From the NCBI GenBank assembly GCA_018696595.1, contig JABHQW010000008.1, forward strand, positions 268,522 through 332,521: a stretch of 64,000 nucleotides of DNA, read 5' to 3'. Both the position numbers and the translations under genes were made by a program. Shown here piece by piece: positions 44,940 to 55,034 of this stretch. How positions within the stretch are numbered: position 1 is the first letter of the stretch; each line of letters begins with the position of its first letter. Origin of the DNA: Candidatus Woesearchaeota archaeon (GTDB taxonomy: Archaea; Nanobdellota; Nanobdellia; Woesearchaeales; GW2011-AR9). The notes under the pieces were generated by a model. That model was given only the letters and a program-made list of their open reading frames with translations. It was not told the origin of the DNA and made no database searches.

Positions 44940-46447
44940 ACCTTCATTTCTCTAATTTGTTTTAAATCGTTTTTATATAATTCTCTAATATCCATTATTT
45001 TCCAATATTCTGAAATGATTCTGCCCATTCCCTGTCCCCAAGCTAAAACAGGGCATTCAAATCCTAATAATGGTTTAACAACTTCTGGCCGGAAAATTCC
45101 TGCTCCACCTAATTCGACCCATTCTTTCTTTACAGGATGAAACACATCCACTTCTACACTTGGTTCTGTATAAGGAAAATGTGCTGGTCTCATTCTTACT
45201 TTTGAGAACCCCATCTTTTGATAAAACTCTTTTAAGTATCCTTTCAGATGTTTCAAATTAGCATTTGGATCAATTACAATCCCTTCAACTTGATAAAACT
45301 CAAATAAATGTTTCCAATCAAGAGCTTCGTTTCTAAAAACCTTATTCACAGAAAAGAATTTTGCAGGAAGGTCTTCTTTTTTAAGTCCAGCAATAGTTTG
45401 TGCAGATAAAACTGTGGTGTGTGTTCTCAACATAATTTTTTCTGCTTCTTCTTTTGAATATTTACTTTGCCATCCTTTACTATTAGTTTCTCCACCGGTT
45501 TCATGGACTTCTTTAATTTTCTCCCAGAATTCTGGCAGCTTAGCTTTTCCATTTAGATAAAACGTATCTTGCATTTCTCTTGCTGGATGATCTTGTGGAA
45601 CAAACAATGCGTCTAAATCCCAGAAAGCAGATTGAACATAATTTCCAGTCATTTCTTTAAAACCAAGGTCCATCCAAATTTGTTTAATATAATCAACTGC
45701 ATCATTAACAAAATGTTTTTTTCCCATTTGAACTTTAGGAACATTAATCTCAACATCATAGGCCCGGAATTGTTTATCTTTCCAACTACCTGTTTTTAAC
45801 ATTCCAGTTGTTAATCTGTTAACAAATTCTCCCGACAAATCCTCGTTTGCTAACTCTTTTCCTAATTCTGTTAGTTCAATAGTTAATTTCTTTTCATCTT
45901 CAACTTTAAGAAAACTTTTCCTTTTCTTTAACTCATCAAAAGCTAGTTTTTCAACATCTTTGACAGAAGACAAATCAAGCGGAAATTCTTTTTCCAAAAA
46001 CTTTTCTTCATAAGTTCCTTCTTTAAGAATTTTTTCTGCTTGTGATCCTAATTTAATCATTAATTCTTCTTCTTTTTTAACTTCAATTGCTAGTTTTCTT
46101 TTTAATAAACCAATACAGGCATTAAGTTCTTCTCGTTCTAATTTGGTTTTTTCAGCAACAACTGTTAATGATTGAAATTCTTCAGATAATGATTCTAAGA
46201 ACTTTCTTTCTGGGAATCCTTCCTCTTTATACTTTAAGCCATTTGAATCTAAAATCACAATCTTTTTCTCTTCCTTGTTAACTTTAACAACTTCTTTATT
46301 CTCTAACCATTGCAAAGCTCGCATGACTTCAATTTCTTGCAATTTAGAGGCTTTAACAATTGCAGATAATTCAGTATTCTCTTTTAAAACAGGTAATACT
46401 TTTCTCTCTAAATCGTGCAATTTTGAGATTATTGGTTTTAAGTCCAT
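44927..46447 (-). CDS. pheS: Phenylalanine--tRNA ligase alpha subunit (archaeal type)
   Basis: Class II motifs FVPQDHPAREMQDTFY, FSVNKVFRNE and GAGIFRPEV. Confidence 0.9.
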   Translation of the reverse strand: MDLKPIISKLHDLERKVLPVLKENTELSAIVKASKLQEIEVMRALQWLENKEVVKVNKEEKKIVILDSNGLKYKEEGFPERKFLESLSEEFQSLTVVAEKTKLEREELNACIGLLKRKLAIEVKKEEELMIKLGSQAEKILKEGTYEEKFLEKEFPLDLSSVKDVEKLAFDELKKRKSFLKVEDEKKLTIELTELGKELANEDLSGEFVNRLTTGMLKTGSWKDKQFRAYDVEINVPKVQMGKKHFVNDAVDYIKQIWMDLGFKEMTGNYVQSAFWDLDALFVPQDHPAREMQDTFYLNGKAKLPEFWEKIKEVHETGGETNSKGWQSKYSKEEAEKIMLRTHTTVLSAQTIAGLKKEDLPAKFFSVNKVFRNEALDWKHLFEFYQVEGIVIDPNANLKHLKGYLKEFYQKMGFSKVRMRPAHFPYTEPSVEVDVFHPVKKEWVELGGAGIFRPEVVKPLLGFECPVLAWGQGMGRIISEYWKIMDIRELYKNDLKQIREMKVWLK

Positions 46448-46539
46448 ATTAGAAAATGTGAAGGGCTATTTATTTATAAAATCTTCTTTAAAATAGACTA
46501 GATATTAAAATAAAAGAGAAAAAAGAAAAAGGTAAAAAT

Positions 46540-47334
46540 TTACTTCTTGTTCCAAGAGTCAGTAAACATTTGATCCATTGCAGTTGCGAAGTAAGGTGTT
46601 TTAACCCAAACGCCCAAATCATAAGAAGGATGTACTTCTTGATCATTTAGCATCATGAAAACTAAGTCTTTACTATCTACTGTAACAAATCTGGATTTAA
46701 CTTTGTCGTTATGTTTAACTTCTGCTAATCCTTTTAGACTATCTGCAAATACTTTATTTTCTTTGTTTAGTGGTGCAGCAATTCTAACCTTTACTCCTCT
46801 TTTCTTAGCAACTTCTAAATTTGCCCGCAATCCTTCAACCTTTCTAATAAATCCTTTGTCAGAAGTCATGATATTAACACTTTTCTTAGCATCCTTAATT
46901 AACAAGTCTAGGTGGTTATAAATATTATTTCTGCCTCTTAAGCATCCACTTAATTCAGATGGGTCTACCAAACTAATACCATTAGTGTGCAAACTTTCTA
47001 ACTCTACTAATAATGGTGATGTCTTAATGCCATCTAATCTTTTAACTTTTTCTTGCGCTTCGTTGTGCATATTCTTTTTAACTCTGTCAACAACTTCGCT
47101 TGGTGGAATCGCAATATATTTAATTGGCTTACCCAATTTCATAACAACAAAACCTTTCTTTTCCAAACTTTCTAAAACATCATAACTTCTAGATCTTGGA
47201 ACATCAGCAATATCTGATAATTCTCCTGCTGTTGAAACGCCTCGACTTAACAAAGCAGCCCATAACTTAACTTCATACAAATTCAGATCAAAGTAGCGTC
47301 TTAGCTTACTCAATAATTCTTCTTTTACAATCAT
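46540..47334 (-). CDS. TrmB-family transcriptional regulator
   Basis: N-terminal wHTH LYEVKLWAALLSRGVSTAGELSDIADVPRSRSYDVLESLEKKGFV. C-terminal TrmB sensor-like region. Confidence 0.8.
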   Translation of the reverse strand: MIVKEELLSKLRRYFDLNLYEVKLWAALLSRGVSTAGELSDIADVPRSRSYDVLESLEKKGFVVMKLGKPIKYIAIPPSEVVDRVKKNMHNEAQEKVKRLDGIKTSPLLVELESLHTNGISLVDPSELSGCLRGRNNIYNHLDLLIKDAKKSVNIMTSDKGFIRKVEGLRANLEVAKKRGVKVRIAAPLNKENKVFADSLKGLAEVKHNDKVKSRFVTVDSKDLVFMMLNDQEVHPSYDLGVWVKTPYFATAMDQMFTDSWNKK

Positions 47335-47533
47335 TTTTTCAAAACCCCTCCTTTTTCACGAAAATAAAAATCCCTCCATTATGATTCCAGGAATTTTTAA
47401 TCTTGCCTAACAAGCAAGAAATTAATTTTCATTACTTGGTTATCAGTAAAACAAACTACTATTAAAAGGTTGTGGTTTTCCAAAGTATAGCTTGACTTGT
47501 TTTAGTAGTAACAATATCTAGTTTGCGGTTTTA

Positions 47534-48589
47534 CTACCACTCTAATTTGTAACGTAGAATTGCGGCAATTCCCCCTAGGCCGTCTAACTTTTGCCCGGTT
47601 TCTTGTTTAGAAGAAAGAATGTTAATTTGTCCTTTTAGTACATCAATCTGTTTCATCAACTTGTCTAGTTCTATGTAATGGCCTTCTTCTCTCTTTTGTT
47701 GAATGAAATCATCTGTTAACAATAATTTACTAACCGCTCCTGCATCAATTGCTTTTTTTACTTCTCCCCAAGCATATACTGCCAGTCCATTTTTGTTGAT
47801 TTCGCTTAACAGTTCATCCATTAATATTTTTTCTGTTCTTGCCCTAGAAGATTGTAATGTTTTTTCTAATTCTTTACTTCCTAACACTTCGTCAATAGAT
47901 CTTTCACTAACATCAGAACAATTAACCAAAACTATTTTCTTTTTTACTTCTGGATCAGAAATTTTCTTTAACAAATTTTCTTTCCAAAAAGCAGGAGAGG
48001 CAAGAATTATTTTTTCTGGCAAATGCCTTTCATTGTAAGTATTAATTGTTTTAATAATTTCTTGTTGAAAATCTGTTTTGATTTCTACGGTCTTGGCTTT
48101 TTTAGGAACGTCACCTTTTATTTTTAGAATAACTTGGTAGCCAAACTTTTTAGTTAATGCAAACAATGATTCCTCCCGGTCAAAAATTATAATTAAGAAA
48201 TTATGTTTCTTTTGAGCAGATTCTTCCAACTTTTGTTTTTGAAATTCCATCCAGCCAACTTTTTCTAAAACAAATTCGCTACCTTCCTCTAAAGGAATTG
48301 CTTGATAACTATCTTTTGGAACTTCCTCTGGCCCTTCCTTAATTTTACCGTTAACTCTTAAAATGTCTCCCGACTGATCAAAATCTATGGTTTCTGCTTC
48401 GATTTTTAAGAAATAAGTTTTTTTAACAGTTTTAGCATTATCTCCATCACCAATTTTAATTTTTCTAGTAGTTTTCCCTTTAACAAAATCTCCCGGATCA
48501 ATCAAATGGCTTAGGTACCATAAGTCTTCAGGATCTGTTATTCTTAGTTTTACGTCTCCTTTCTTAAAATCTGCATGGATTATGTTCAT
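47534..48589 (-). CDS. pelA: Pelota (Dom34 homolog), mRNA surveillance factor
   Basis: Pelota N-domain. C-terminal eRF1-like domain ending GGIAAILRYKLEW. Confidence 0.85.
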   Translation of the reverse strand: MNIIHADFKKGDVKLRITDPEDLWYLSHLIDPGDFVKGKTTRKIKIGDGDNAKTVKKTYFLKIEAETIDFDQSGDILRVNGKIKEGPEEVPKDSYQAIPLEEGSEFVLEKVGWMEFQKQKLEESAQKKHNFLIIIFDREESLFALTKKFGYQVILKIKGDVPKKAKTVEIKTDFQQEIIKTINTYNERHLPEKIILASPAFWKENLLKKISDPEVKKKIVLVNCSDVSERSIDEVLGSKELEKTLQSSRARTEKILMDELLSEINKNGLAVYAWGEVKKAIDAGAVSKLLLTDDFIQQKREEGHYIELDKLMKQIDVLKGQINILSSKQETGQKLDGLGGIAAILRYKLEW

Positions 48590-48696
48590 GTTGGTAAGAA
48601 AAAGGTTAAGATATAATAAGTTTTGTGTTTGTGCTTAATCAACCCCTTTACAAAACAGAATACTTTATATATAAAAAGTATTTCTTTTATAGTAAA

Positions 48697-49908
48697 ATGG
48701 TTACACTAAATAAAAGAGGTCAAGCTGCTGGCGCAGCTGTTTTTCTGGCAGTAGTTGCCGGTTTACTAATTGGATTTATTATTTTAATTCCTCCCGCTGA
48801 GAGGGCAGAACTTTTAGGAGAAGATATTGATGTTATTGATAATAGTGATTCTAGCAGTTCTGATGACGAAATAGAAGAAGCAGTTCCAGAAGCTAATCTG
48901 TTAACTGTTTCTCCAGGAAGAATTGATTATCTTTCGCAGAAAGAGATAGAACATCCCTTGCCCGTTGTCAATATTTATACTAAAACTGAAAGTAAGATTC
49001 TAGCACAAAAAAATGTTGCTTATGCTAAAAATGGTGCATTTTCTAATGAACAAGGCGTGTTTAAGTTTAATGTTCCCGATTTAGACAATACTCAAGATTT
49101 CTTGCTAAATTTTAAAGTAAATGAGATTAAAGGAGACTTAACTGTTGATTTAAATGGTGAAAGTGTTTACAAATCTGCAGTTACTAGTGGTGAATCCTTA
49201 ACAGTAAGTTTTCCTGAAAACTTAATTCAAGAAGAAAATGAACTTATTTTTAGTGCTTCTTCAATCGGGGTTGCATTTTGGGCAACTAACGAAGTTAATT
49301 TAGAAGGACTTAAAGTTGTAGCTGATGTGACTAGTGTTGAAGCACAATCTTCAAAAAATATTTTCTTAGTTTCTGAAGTTGAGAAAAAGAATCTTGAAAA
49401 AGTTGTATTAAGATTTCAACCTGAATGTCAGTACACTGAAGTTGGTAAGTTAGAAATTCTGATTAACGGCAAAGAAATTTACTCTGCGGTTCCCGATTGT
49501 GAATTAGCAATGATTCCGATTGAGTTTTCTTCAGATATGGTTTTCCAAGGAGAGAACGAGATTATCTTTAGAACAAACAGCGGAACTTATATCTTATCGC
49601 ATGTAACAATTGAATCTGAATTGAAAGAATTAGAATATCCAACATATTATTTCGATGTTTCTTACGAACAGTATGAAGATGTAATGTCTGAAAAGAGAAG
49701 AATTCGATTAGAAATGGAATTTGTTGATGTTGTTGTAAGTAAATATGGTGAAGTTGTTTTCAATGGTCACACTAAACATTTTGATACTAAAGAAGTTGAT
49801 TATGTGATTGATCTGAGTGATGATTTAGTACAAGGAACAAATGCATTGAAAGTCAAACCAAAGAAGACGTTAGACATGAGAGAAATTAAGATTGATTTGG
49901 TAAAGTAA
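48697..49908 (+). CDS. Secreted/surface protein with an archaeal class III (type IV prepilin-like) signal peptide
   Basis: MVTLNKRGQAAGAAVFLAVVAGLLIGFIIL: a basic KRG, then Q+1, then a hydrophobic helix. Large beta-rich domain. Start chosen at an internal ATG behind an A/T-rich promoter. Confidence 0.55.
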   Translation: MVTLNKRGQAAGAAVFLAVVAGLLIGFIILIPPAERAELLGEDIDVIDNSDSSSSDDEIEEAVPEANLLTVSPGRIDYLSQKEIEHPLPVVNIYTKTESKILAQKNVAYAKNGAFSNEQGVFKFNVPDLDNTQDFLLNFKVNEIKGDLTVDLNGESVYKSAVTSGESLTVSFPENLIQEENELIFSASSIGVAFWATNEVNLEGLKVVADVTSVEAQSSKNIFLVSEVEKKNLEKVVLRFQPECQYTEVGKLEILINGKEIYSAVPDCELAMIPIEFSSDMVFQGENEIIFRTNSGTYILSHVTIESELKELEYPTYYFDVSYEQYEDVMSEKRRIRLEMEFVDVVVSKYGEVVFNGHTKHFDTKEVDYVIDLSDDLVQGTNALKVKPKKTLDMREIKIDLVK

Positions 49909-49956
49909 AATTTTTTATTTTATTTTTTTATTTATAATTTAACAAAAAAGAGGTTA

Positions 49957-51921
49957 ATGATGGGAAAAGCAGCGGCGATAGGTGGAGCATTAAAGAGCGC
50001 AGGGTCTAAAGTTACTCCTGGATTAACAGGTGCTGGTGCCGGTGCAACAGCTGTAGCAACACAAAGTGCAGCTAAGTCTTTCAGAAACAAAGGTTTCCCA
50101 TTGTTTTTAGCAGCAGTAATTATTTTTATCATTTCACAGGTTCTTGGTCTTTCCGACTTTTATGGTTATGCTTCAGTATTGTTTATGGTCTATTGTGCAT
50201 ATGCTGTTTTTGAAGGACGGGGCGCGTACATCGTAACTATTTTTTGTGTTTGGTATTTCTTATTAGGGAGAGCTAGCTTAGAAAGTGTTTTATACTATGT
50301 TGTGCCAATTGCTTTAATTGGTTCAATAATTCACGGGTTATTGGGAAAATTTAAAAGCAAAGATACTTTTGCTCATGGTTTTACTGAAGAGATTCTTTAC
50401 GGTCTTGGCGCAATATTAATTTTCTTTCTGGATATTGGTCTGGTTGAAATGGTCTCTCAAGGAGTCGTAAATTTACCTTACATTCTTACTGAAATCTTAA
50501 GGTTAATTCCTTTGTGGGGGTATGTGGGTTTGTTTGTGATGATTCAAGACGAAGAGAAAGGAGAAAAAAGTTTCTTTATTACAGTCGCAAAGTGGCTTGG
50601 GATTGCATACCTCGTTTCTATTATTATCTTCGCTTCTAGTATTGCTTCAGGGGCTGAAGGGGAAGAATTACTTCCAGGTATAGAACAATTTATTGAGGCA
50701 AAGGAAACTGCTCAAGGTAAATTTGCGAAGACAGAGAACCCTGCTTATTCTAACCTTAAATGTGTGGTCCAAGGAAGATTTAACGATCTGCCGGTTTGTA
50801 TAAAAGATCGTCAAGATGATTCTAAAAGAAAAGTGGCTTGTGAAGCAGAAGGTTTCCCAGAAGGAACTACTAGTTTTAATGAATGTACTGCCGAGTTAAA
50901 AGAACTTGATAATAAGAATATCAATGTTGTTGGTTTTAACGATAAAACAATTAAAGAACCAATTACTGCAGAATTAATTCCTAAAGAGGCAAAGAAGTAC
51001 GATTTACTTCACGAGAAAGGACAAGCAATTAAAATTCCAATAGATTTGGAAATAAAGAATCCTCGTTTAGATCCATTTGAAGTTTATGTTTCATGTAACA
51101 TTACCACCCAGAGAAGGAAAACTTCTATTGGCGAAGCAGAAATTGTGGGCTTTGAAAATAAGGGGGAAAATAATGAGAAAGGAAGCAAATGGAAACATTT
51201 TACCATTTATAAAACAGAATCATCTATTCCTTTAATTTGTCAACCTACTAAGTTAGATTACGAATTAAATGAAGAAACGAGAATATTTAATGGTTCTTAT
51301 AATGTTGTTTTTTATGTTGAATTTAAAGGAGTAAACACAACTTCTAGATTAGAAAGAAGTTTTTTCAATGACTTAAAGATTTACGATGAAATTAATAAAA
51401 TTAAAGACTTAACATCTGAACAAGAACAAGAATTAAGGGGAAAAGCCAGAAAAGATTTTGAAGAAGAGATGAAAGAATTCCTTAACCTTAAATATTCTTC
51501 AATAGAAAGTCGTCATTCTACTGGTCCTGAAGATTTCGCTAGAATCGATTTTTCTTTTGGTCCTTCAGAAGGAGAACCGATTATTGAAACTTCAGATTCC
51601 ATTTCTTTTGAAGCAGATGTGGATAATTTAGGTAATGGAAAAATAACAAACATCAATAGTTATAATTTTATTGGTTTTAATGGGGTGACTTTTTCTGGTT
51701 CTGGTTGTAGTCTAAGTGGATCTTTAAATGTCCCTCAGAAATTTATGAAATCTTCAGGAATCCCCATACATCTCTGTTGGGTTGACAATCTTCCTGAAGA
51801 AATGGCTAACCCTGCTTTGGGAGACGAAACAGTTGAATTCCGAGCAGAATTGGAGTACGATTACTTAATTGAAAGAGAAGTGGGAATAACTGCGGGAGTG
51901 ATTGATGATAAAAGCAAATAA
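49957..51921 (+). CDS. Large membrane protein with about 7 N-terminal TM helices and a 450-aa Cys-containing extracellular domain
   Basis: Hydropathy profile. No known motifs. Co-oriented with, and 49 nt downstream of, the pilin-like gene. Confidence 0.55.
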   Translation: MMGKAAAIGGALKSAGSKVTPGLTGAGAGATAVATQSAAKSFRNKGFPLFLAAVIIFIISQVLGLSDFYGYASVLFMVYCAYAVFEGRGAYIVTIFCVWYFLLGRASLESVLYYVVPIALIGSIIHGLLGKFKSKDTFAHGFTEEILYGLGAILIFFLDIGLVEMVSQGVVNLPYILTEILRLIPLWGYVGLFVMIQDEEKGEKSFFITVAKWLGIAYLVSIIIFASSIASGAEGEELLPGIEQFIEAKETAQGKFAKTENPAYSNLKCVVQGRFNDLPVCIKDRQDDSKRKVACEAEGFPEGTTSFNECTAELKELDNKNINVVGFNDKTIKEPITAELIPKEAKKYDLLHEKGQAIKIPIDLEIKNPRLDPFEVYVSCNITTQRRKTSIGEAEIVGFENKGENNEKGSKWKHFTIYKTESSIPLICQPTKLDYELNEETRIFNGSYNVVFYVEFKGVNTTSRLERSFFNDLKIYDEINKIKDLTSEQEQELRGKARKDFEEEMKEFLNLKYSSIESRHSTGPEDFARIDFSFGPSEGEPIIETSDSISFEADVDNLGNGKITNINSYNFIGFNGVTFSGSGCSLSGSLNVPQKFMKSSGIPIHLCWVDNLPEEMANPALGDETVEFRAELEYDYLIEREVGITAGVIDDKSK

Positions 51922-52774
51922 AATTATTGGGATTGTACTTCTTTCCTTATTTCTATTAGGTTGTGGTTCTGGTGGTGGAACAAAACAAATAGATTATAAT
52001 TTTAAGCAAGGCACTTCTGGATTACAAGTAAGTTTTATGGATAATGCTCCTCCAAAAAAGATTTACGAAAACTCTAATTTTAATGTTATTCTTAAAATGG
52101 AGAATAAAGCTGCTTATGATTTGGTTAATGGCCAAATAACTTTATCTGGGATTAATCCTCAATATTTTGTTTTTGAAAAAAAGACTGAAACCTTTTCTAT
52201 TTTAGAAGGACGGAACTTATATCTTCCAGATGGAGGGGTCTCTTATATTGAATTTCCTGCAAAATCCGAGAAATTATTTTTAAATGCAGAAAGTTATCAA
52301 GGAAAGTATTTTCTAAACATTGATTTTGATTCAACAATGGAATTTGTTGATACTATTTGCATTAATCCCAACTTATATTCAGTATACGATGCAGGGTGTC
52401 AAATTGAAGATCGAAAATCTTATTCTGGTCAAGGTGCTCCTCTTGCAGTTGTTGAAGTTGAAGAAATAATTCATCCTGAAACTGTTGGTGGGCAAGTCGA
52501 GTTTAGATTTTTGTTAAGAAATAGAGGCCAAGGAGAAGTTGAATATATTGAACTAACTAAGGCTATGCTCGGTAGCAGTGAATTTGATGAATGTAAGTTT
52601 AAAGAAGGATACTTTGATAGTAAAAAAGTATTACTGACAAAACAGAACCAAGAAGCATTATTAGTTTGTAAAACACATTTAAAAGAACAGGGTTCTTATA
52701 CTACAACTGTATTGCTTGATTTTAATTATCATTATGAAATGCAAGAAGTTCATAATCTAATGCTTTATGAATAA
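51905..52774 (+). CDS. Putative lipoprotein/secreted protein (LLGC lipobox-like signal)
   Basis: MIKANKIIGIVLLSLFLLGCGSGGG. Overlaps the upstream gene end by 17 nt. Confidence 0.5.
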   Translation: MIKANKIIGIVLLSLFLLGCGSGGGTKQIDYNFKQGTSGLQVSFMDNAPPKKIYENSNFNVILKMENKAAYDLVNGQITLSGINPQYFVFEKKTETFSILEGRNLYLPDGGVSYIEFPAKSEKLFLNAESYQGKYFLNIDFDSTMEFVDTICINPNLYSVYDAGCQIEDRKSYSGQGAPLAVVEVEEIIHPETVGGQVEFRFLLRNRGQGEVEYIELTKAMLGSSEFDECKFKEGYFDSKKVLLTKQNQEALLVCKTHLKEQGSYTTTVLLDFNYHYEMQEVHNLMLYE

Positions 52775-52829
52775 TTTTTAGTTCTCTAGAATCAGAAAGA
52801 ATTTAAATGATTACTTTTTCTGAGATGGG

Positions 52830-53336
52830 ATGGTGATGGGGAAAACAACATTCTTAGTAGTTTTATTGTTATCATTCAGTTTTGTGCAAGCTGGATTTTA
52901 TGATGGTTTCTTTGATCGGTTTGATGATCCTACATTAAATGTTAAATTGGAACAGCAACTATTATTTTCTTCTCCATTTGATTCTCTTGATGTTCCTGTT
53001 GTTGCTGAGAAAGTCGTAGTTCCGGTTACTAAGAAAATTATTGTTCCAGTTACTAAAGTGAAAAAGGTAGAAATAACACTTCCCCCTATCATTAAAATAA
53101 CTGATTCTGGGTTTGAACCAAAAGAAGTTAAGATTCAGAAAGGTCAGACTGTTGTCTGGAAAAATGAAAGGAAGAGGGTTAATTCTTTGGTTTACGGTTT
53201 AAGAGAGATTGTTGACATGAAAAGCGAATTTATTCAACCAGGGGATGATTTCAGTTGGACTTTTGAAGAGAAAGGAGAGTTCACTTATATTGATGCAGTA
53301 GTTATCGGTAGGGTTGGCAAGGTTATTGTTGAATAG
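52830..53336 (+). CDS. Small secreted protein with a cupredoxin-like beta-sandwich signature but no Cu ligands
   Basis: Signal peptide MVMGKTTFLVVLLLSFSFVQA. KEVKIQKGQTVVWKNE and FSWTFEEKGEFTY resemble cupredoxin strands, but the His/Cys/Met ligands are absent. Confidence 0.45.
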   Translation: MVMGKTTFLVVLLLSFSFVQAGFYDGFFDRFDDPTLNVKLEQQLLFSSPFDSLDVPVVAEKVVVPVTKKIIVPVTKVKKVEITLPPIIKITDSGFEPKEVKIQKGQTVVWKNERKRVNSLVYGLREIVDMKSEFIQPGDDFSWTFEEKGEFTYIDAVVIGRVGKVIVE

Positions 53337-53376
53337 AATCACAATTATTTTAAACTCTAACTAATTCTTAACAAAC

Positions 53377-54321
53377 ATGAAAATCGCAATCTTAGGTGGG
53401 GGAAGTTGGGGTACAGCTTTAGCAGTACACTTAGCTAAAAATGATAATGGTATTAAAGTCTGGGAATTCTTTGAAGAACAGGCTAAAGAAATGCAAGAAG
53501 GAAGAGTTTGCAAATTACTCCCAGAAGCAAAGTTGCCAGAGAACATCTTTGTTTCTCATAAAATTGAAGAAGTGTTATCTGATTTTGAATTATTGTTATT
53601 AGTGGTTCCTTCAAATCATGTTGAGAAAACAATTGAACAAGCTAAAGAGTTTATTCAAGAACAAGCAGTAATTATTTGTTCAAAAGGATTTGGTTCAGAT
53701 TTAAAATTCTTAAGTGATGTTGTCAAAGAAAAAATTTCTGGAGAAGTTTATTGTTTATATGGTCCAACTCATGCGGAAGAAGTTTGTAAAGACATGTATT
53801 CTGGAATTGTGTTGGCTGGTGGAAAAGGTAAAGAAGGACTTCAGAAAGTTATTGCATCTGACAGTTTGAAAGTAGATTTAACTGATGATCTAATTGGCGT
53901 GCAAGTTGCTGCTGCTTTGAAAAATATTTTAGCAGTATTTGTTGGCGTACTTGACGGCATGGGTTTAGGAGATAACGCTAAGGCTTACATCATGACTCGT
54001 GGCTTGCAAGAGATTAAGGATGTTGGTGTTGCTCTAGGAGCGAAAGAAGAAACGTTCTACGGTCTTGCAGGCATTGGTGACATGATTGTAACATCTACAA
54101 GTCCACATTCTAGAAATAGGTCTGTGGGGGTAGAAGTTGGTAAAGGTCGTAAATTACAAGAAGTAATCGATGAAATGGCAATGGTTGCAGAAGGAGTAAC
54201 AACGTTGAAAGAAGCCATTGGTCTGAAAGAGAAGACGGGATTGGAATTACCTTTGATTTCTGGTTTGTATGAAATTTTGTTTGAAGGAAAAGATCCGCAG
54301 GAAATACTGAAAGGAATTTGA
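53377..54321 (+). CDS. gpsA: NAD(P)H-dependent glycerol-3-phosphate dehydrogenase (bacterial-type GpsA)
   Basis: MKIAILGGGSWGTALA Rossmann. GPTHAEEV. SPHSRNRSVG signature. Confidence 0.85.
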   Translation: MKIAILGGGSWGTALAVHLAKNDNGIKVWEFFEEQAKEMQEGRVCKLLPEAKLPENIFVSHKIEEVLSDFELLLLVVPSNHVEKTIEQAKEFIQEQAVIICSKGFGSDLKFLSDVVKEKISGEVYCLYGPTHAEEVCKDMYSGIVLAGGKGKEGLQKVIASDSLKVDLTDDLIGVQVAAALKNILAVFVGVLDGMGLGDNAKAYIMTRGLQEIKDVGVALGAKEETFYGLAGIGDMIVTSTSPHSRNRSVGVEVGKGRKLQEVIDEMAMVAEGVTTLKEAIGLKEKTGLELPLISGLYEILFEGKDPQEILKGI

Positions 54322-54323
54322 GT

Positions 54324-54608
54324 TTATTCCTCTTTCAAAGCTGCTTCTAATTTCTTTTCTTCAAAGCCAACAACTACATTTTCTTTAACCAATGTTTTTA
54401 TGATTTCTCCATCTTCTTCTTTCTCTTCAAAGAATTTGACAATAGTTACAGGTGTAGCCATTTGATGAGATTTTTCAATCATTTCATCTCTAGCAGAATC
54501 ACTTTCAGTAAGATCATGTTCGATAAAAGAAATCTTTTTCTTTTTCATCCATGTTTTTAATTTTTCGCACCAAGCGCACGTTGGTATTGAATAAACATTA
54601 ACTTCCAT
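54324..54608 (-). CDS. Glutaredoxin/NrdH-like thiol-disulfide protein
   Basis: MEVNVYSIPTCAWCEKLKTWM CxxC. TPV cis-Pro region ATPVTIV. Start at a leaderless ATG right after TTTATAAAA. Confidence 0.75.
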   Translation of the reverse strand: MEVNVYSIPTCAWCEKLKTWMKKKKISFIEHDLTESDSARDEMIEKSHQMATPVTIVKFFEEKEEDGEIIKTLVKENVVVGFEEKKLEAALKEE

Positions 54609-54683
54609 TTTTATAAACCTCAAATCGTTTTCTAACACTAAATAAAGATAACTTTTATATATAGTTTTTCTTTTATTTAGTTT

Positions 54684-55034
54684 ATGAATGATAAAATCTG
54701 GGCTACGATGAATGTTTCTCTAGTTTTGGTAGCATTGATTTTAACTTTAACTTTGTTTGAAGTAGAACTGCCTACGTTAGGGCAAGCGAAATATGCTTTA
54801 GACAAATCAGAACCTTTATGCATAGTTAATTGGCAAGATTCTTACAATGAATGGAATGATCTAGATTCTTGTTGTGTTGAAGCAAGGAAACAGTTAGATT
54901 GTTCTGAAGGAGAATGGTATTATCAAGACAAAACCGTAGAGTGGCAATGTAAAACCGGTTCTGGAAATGTATTAAAGTACTGGTTGAATGATAAAGCTTA
55001 CAATTATTGCAGACAATTGAATATTTGGAGATAA
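54684..55034 (+). CDS. Small TM-anchored Cys/Trp-rich extracellular protein, hypothetical
   Basis: TM VSLVLVALILTLTLF, then 8 Cys. Confidence 0.4.
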   Translation: MNDKIWATMNVSLVLVALILTLTLFEVELPTLGQAKYALDKSEPLCIVNWQDSYNEWNDLDSCCVEARKQLDCSEGEWYYQDKTVEWQCKTGSGNVLKYWLNDKAYNYCRQLNIWR

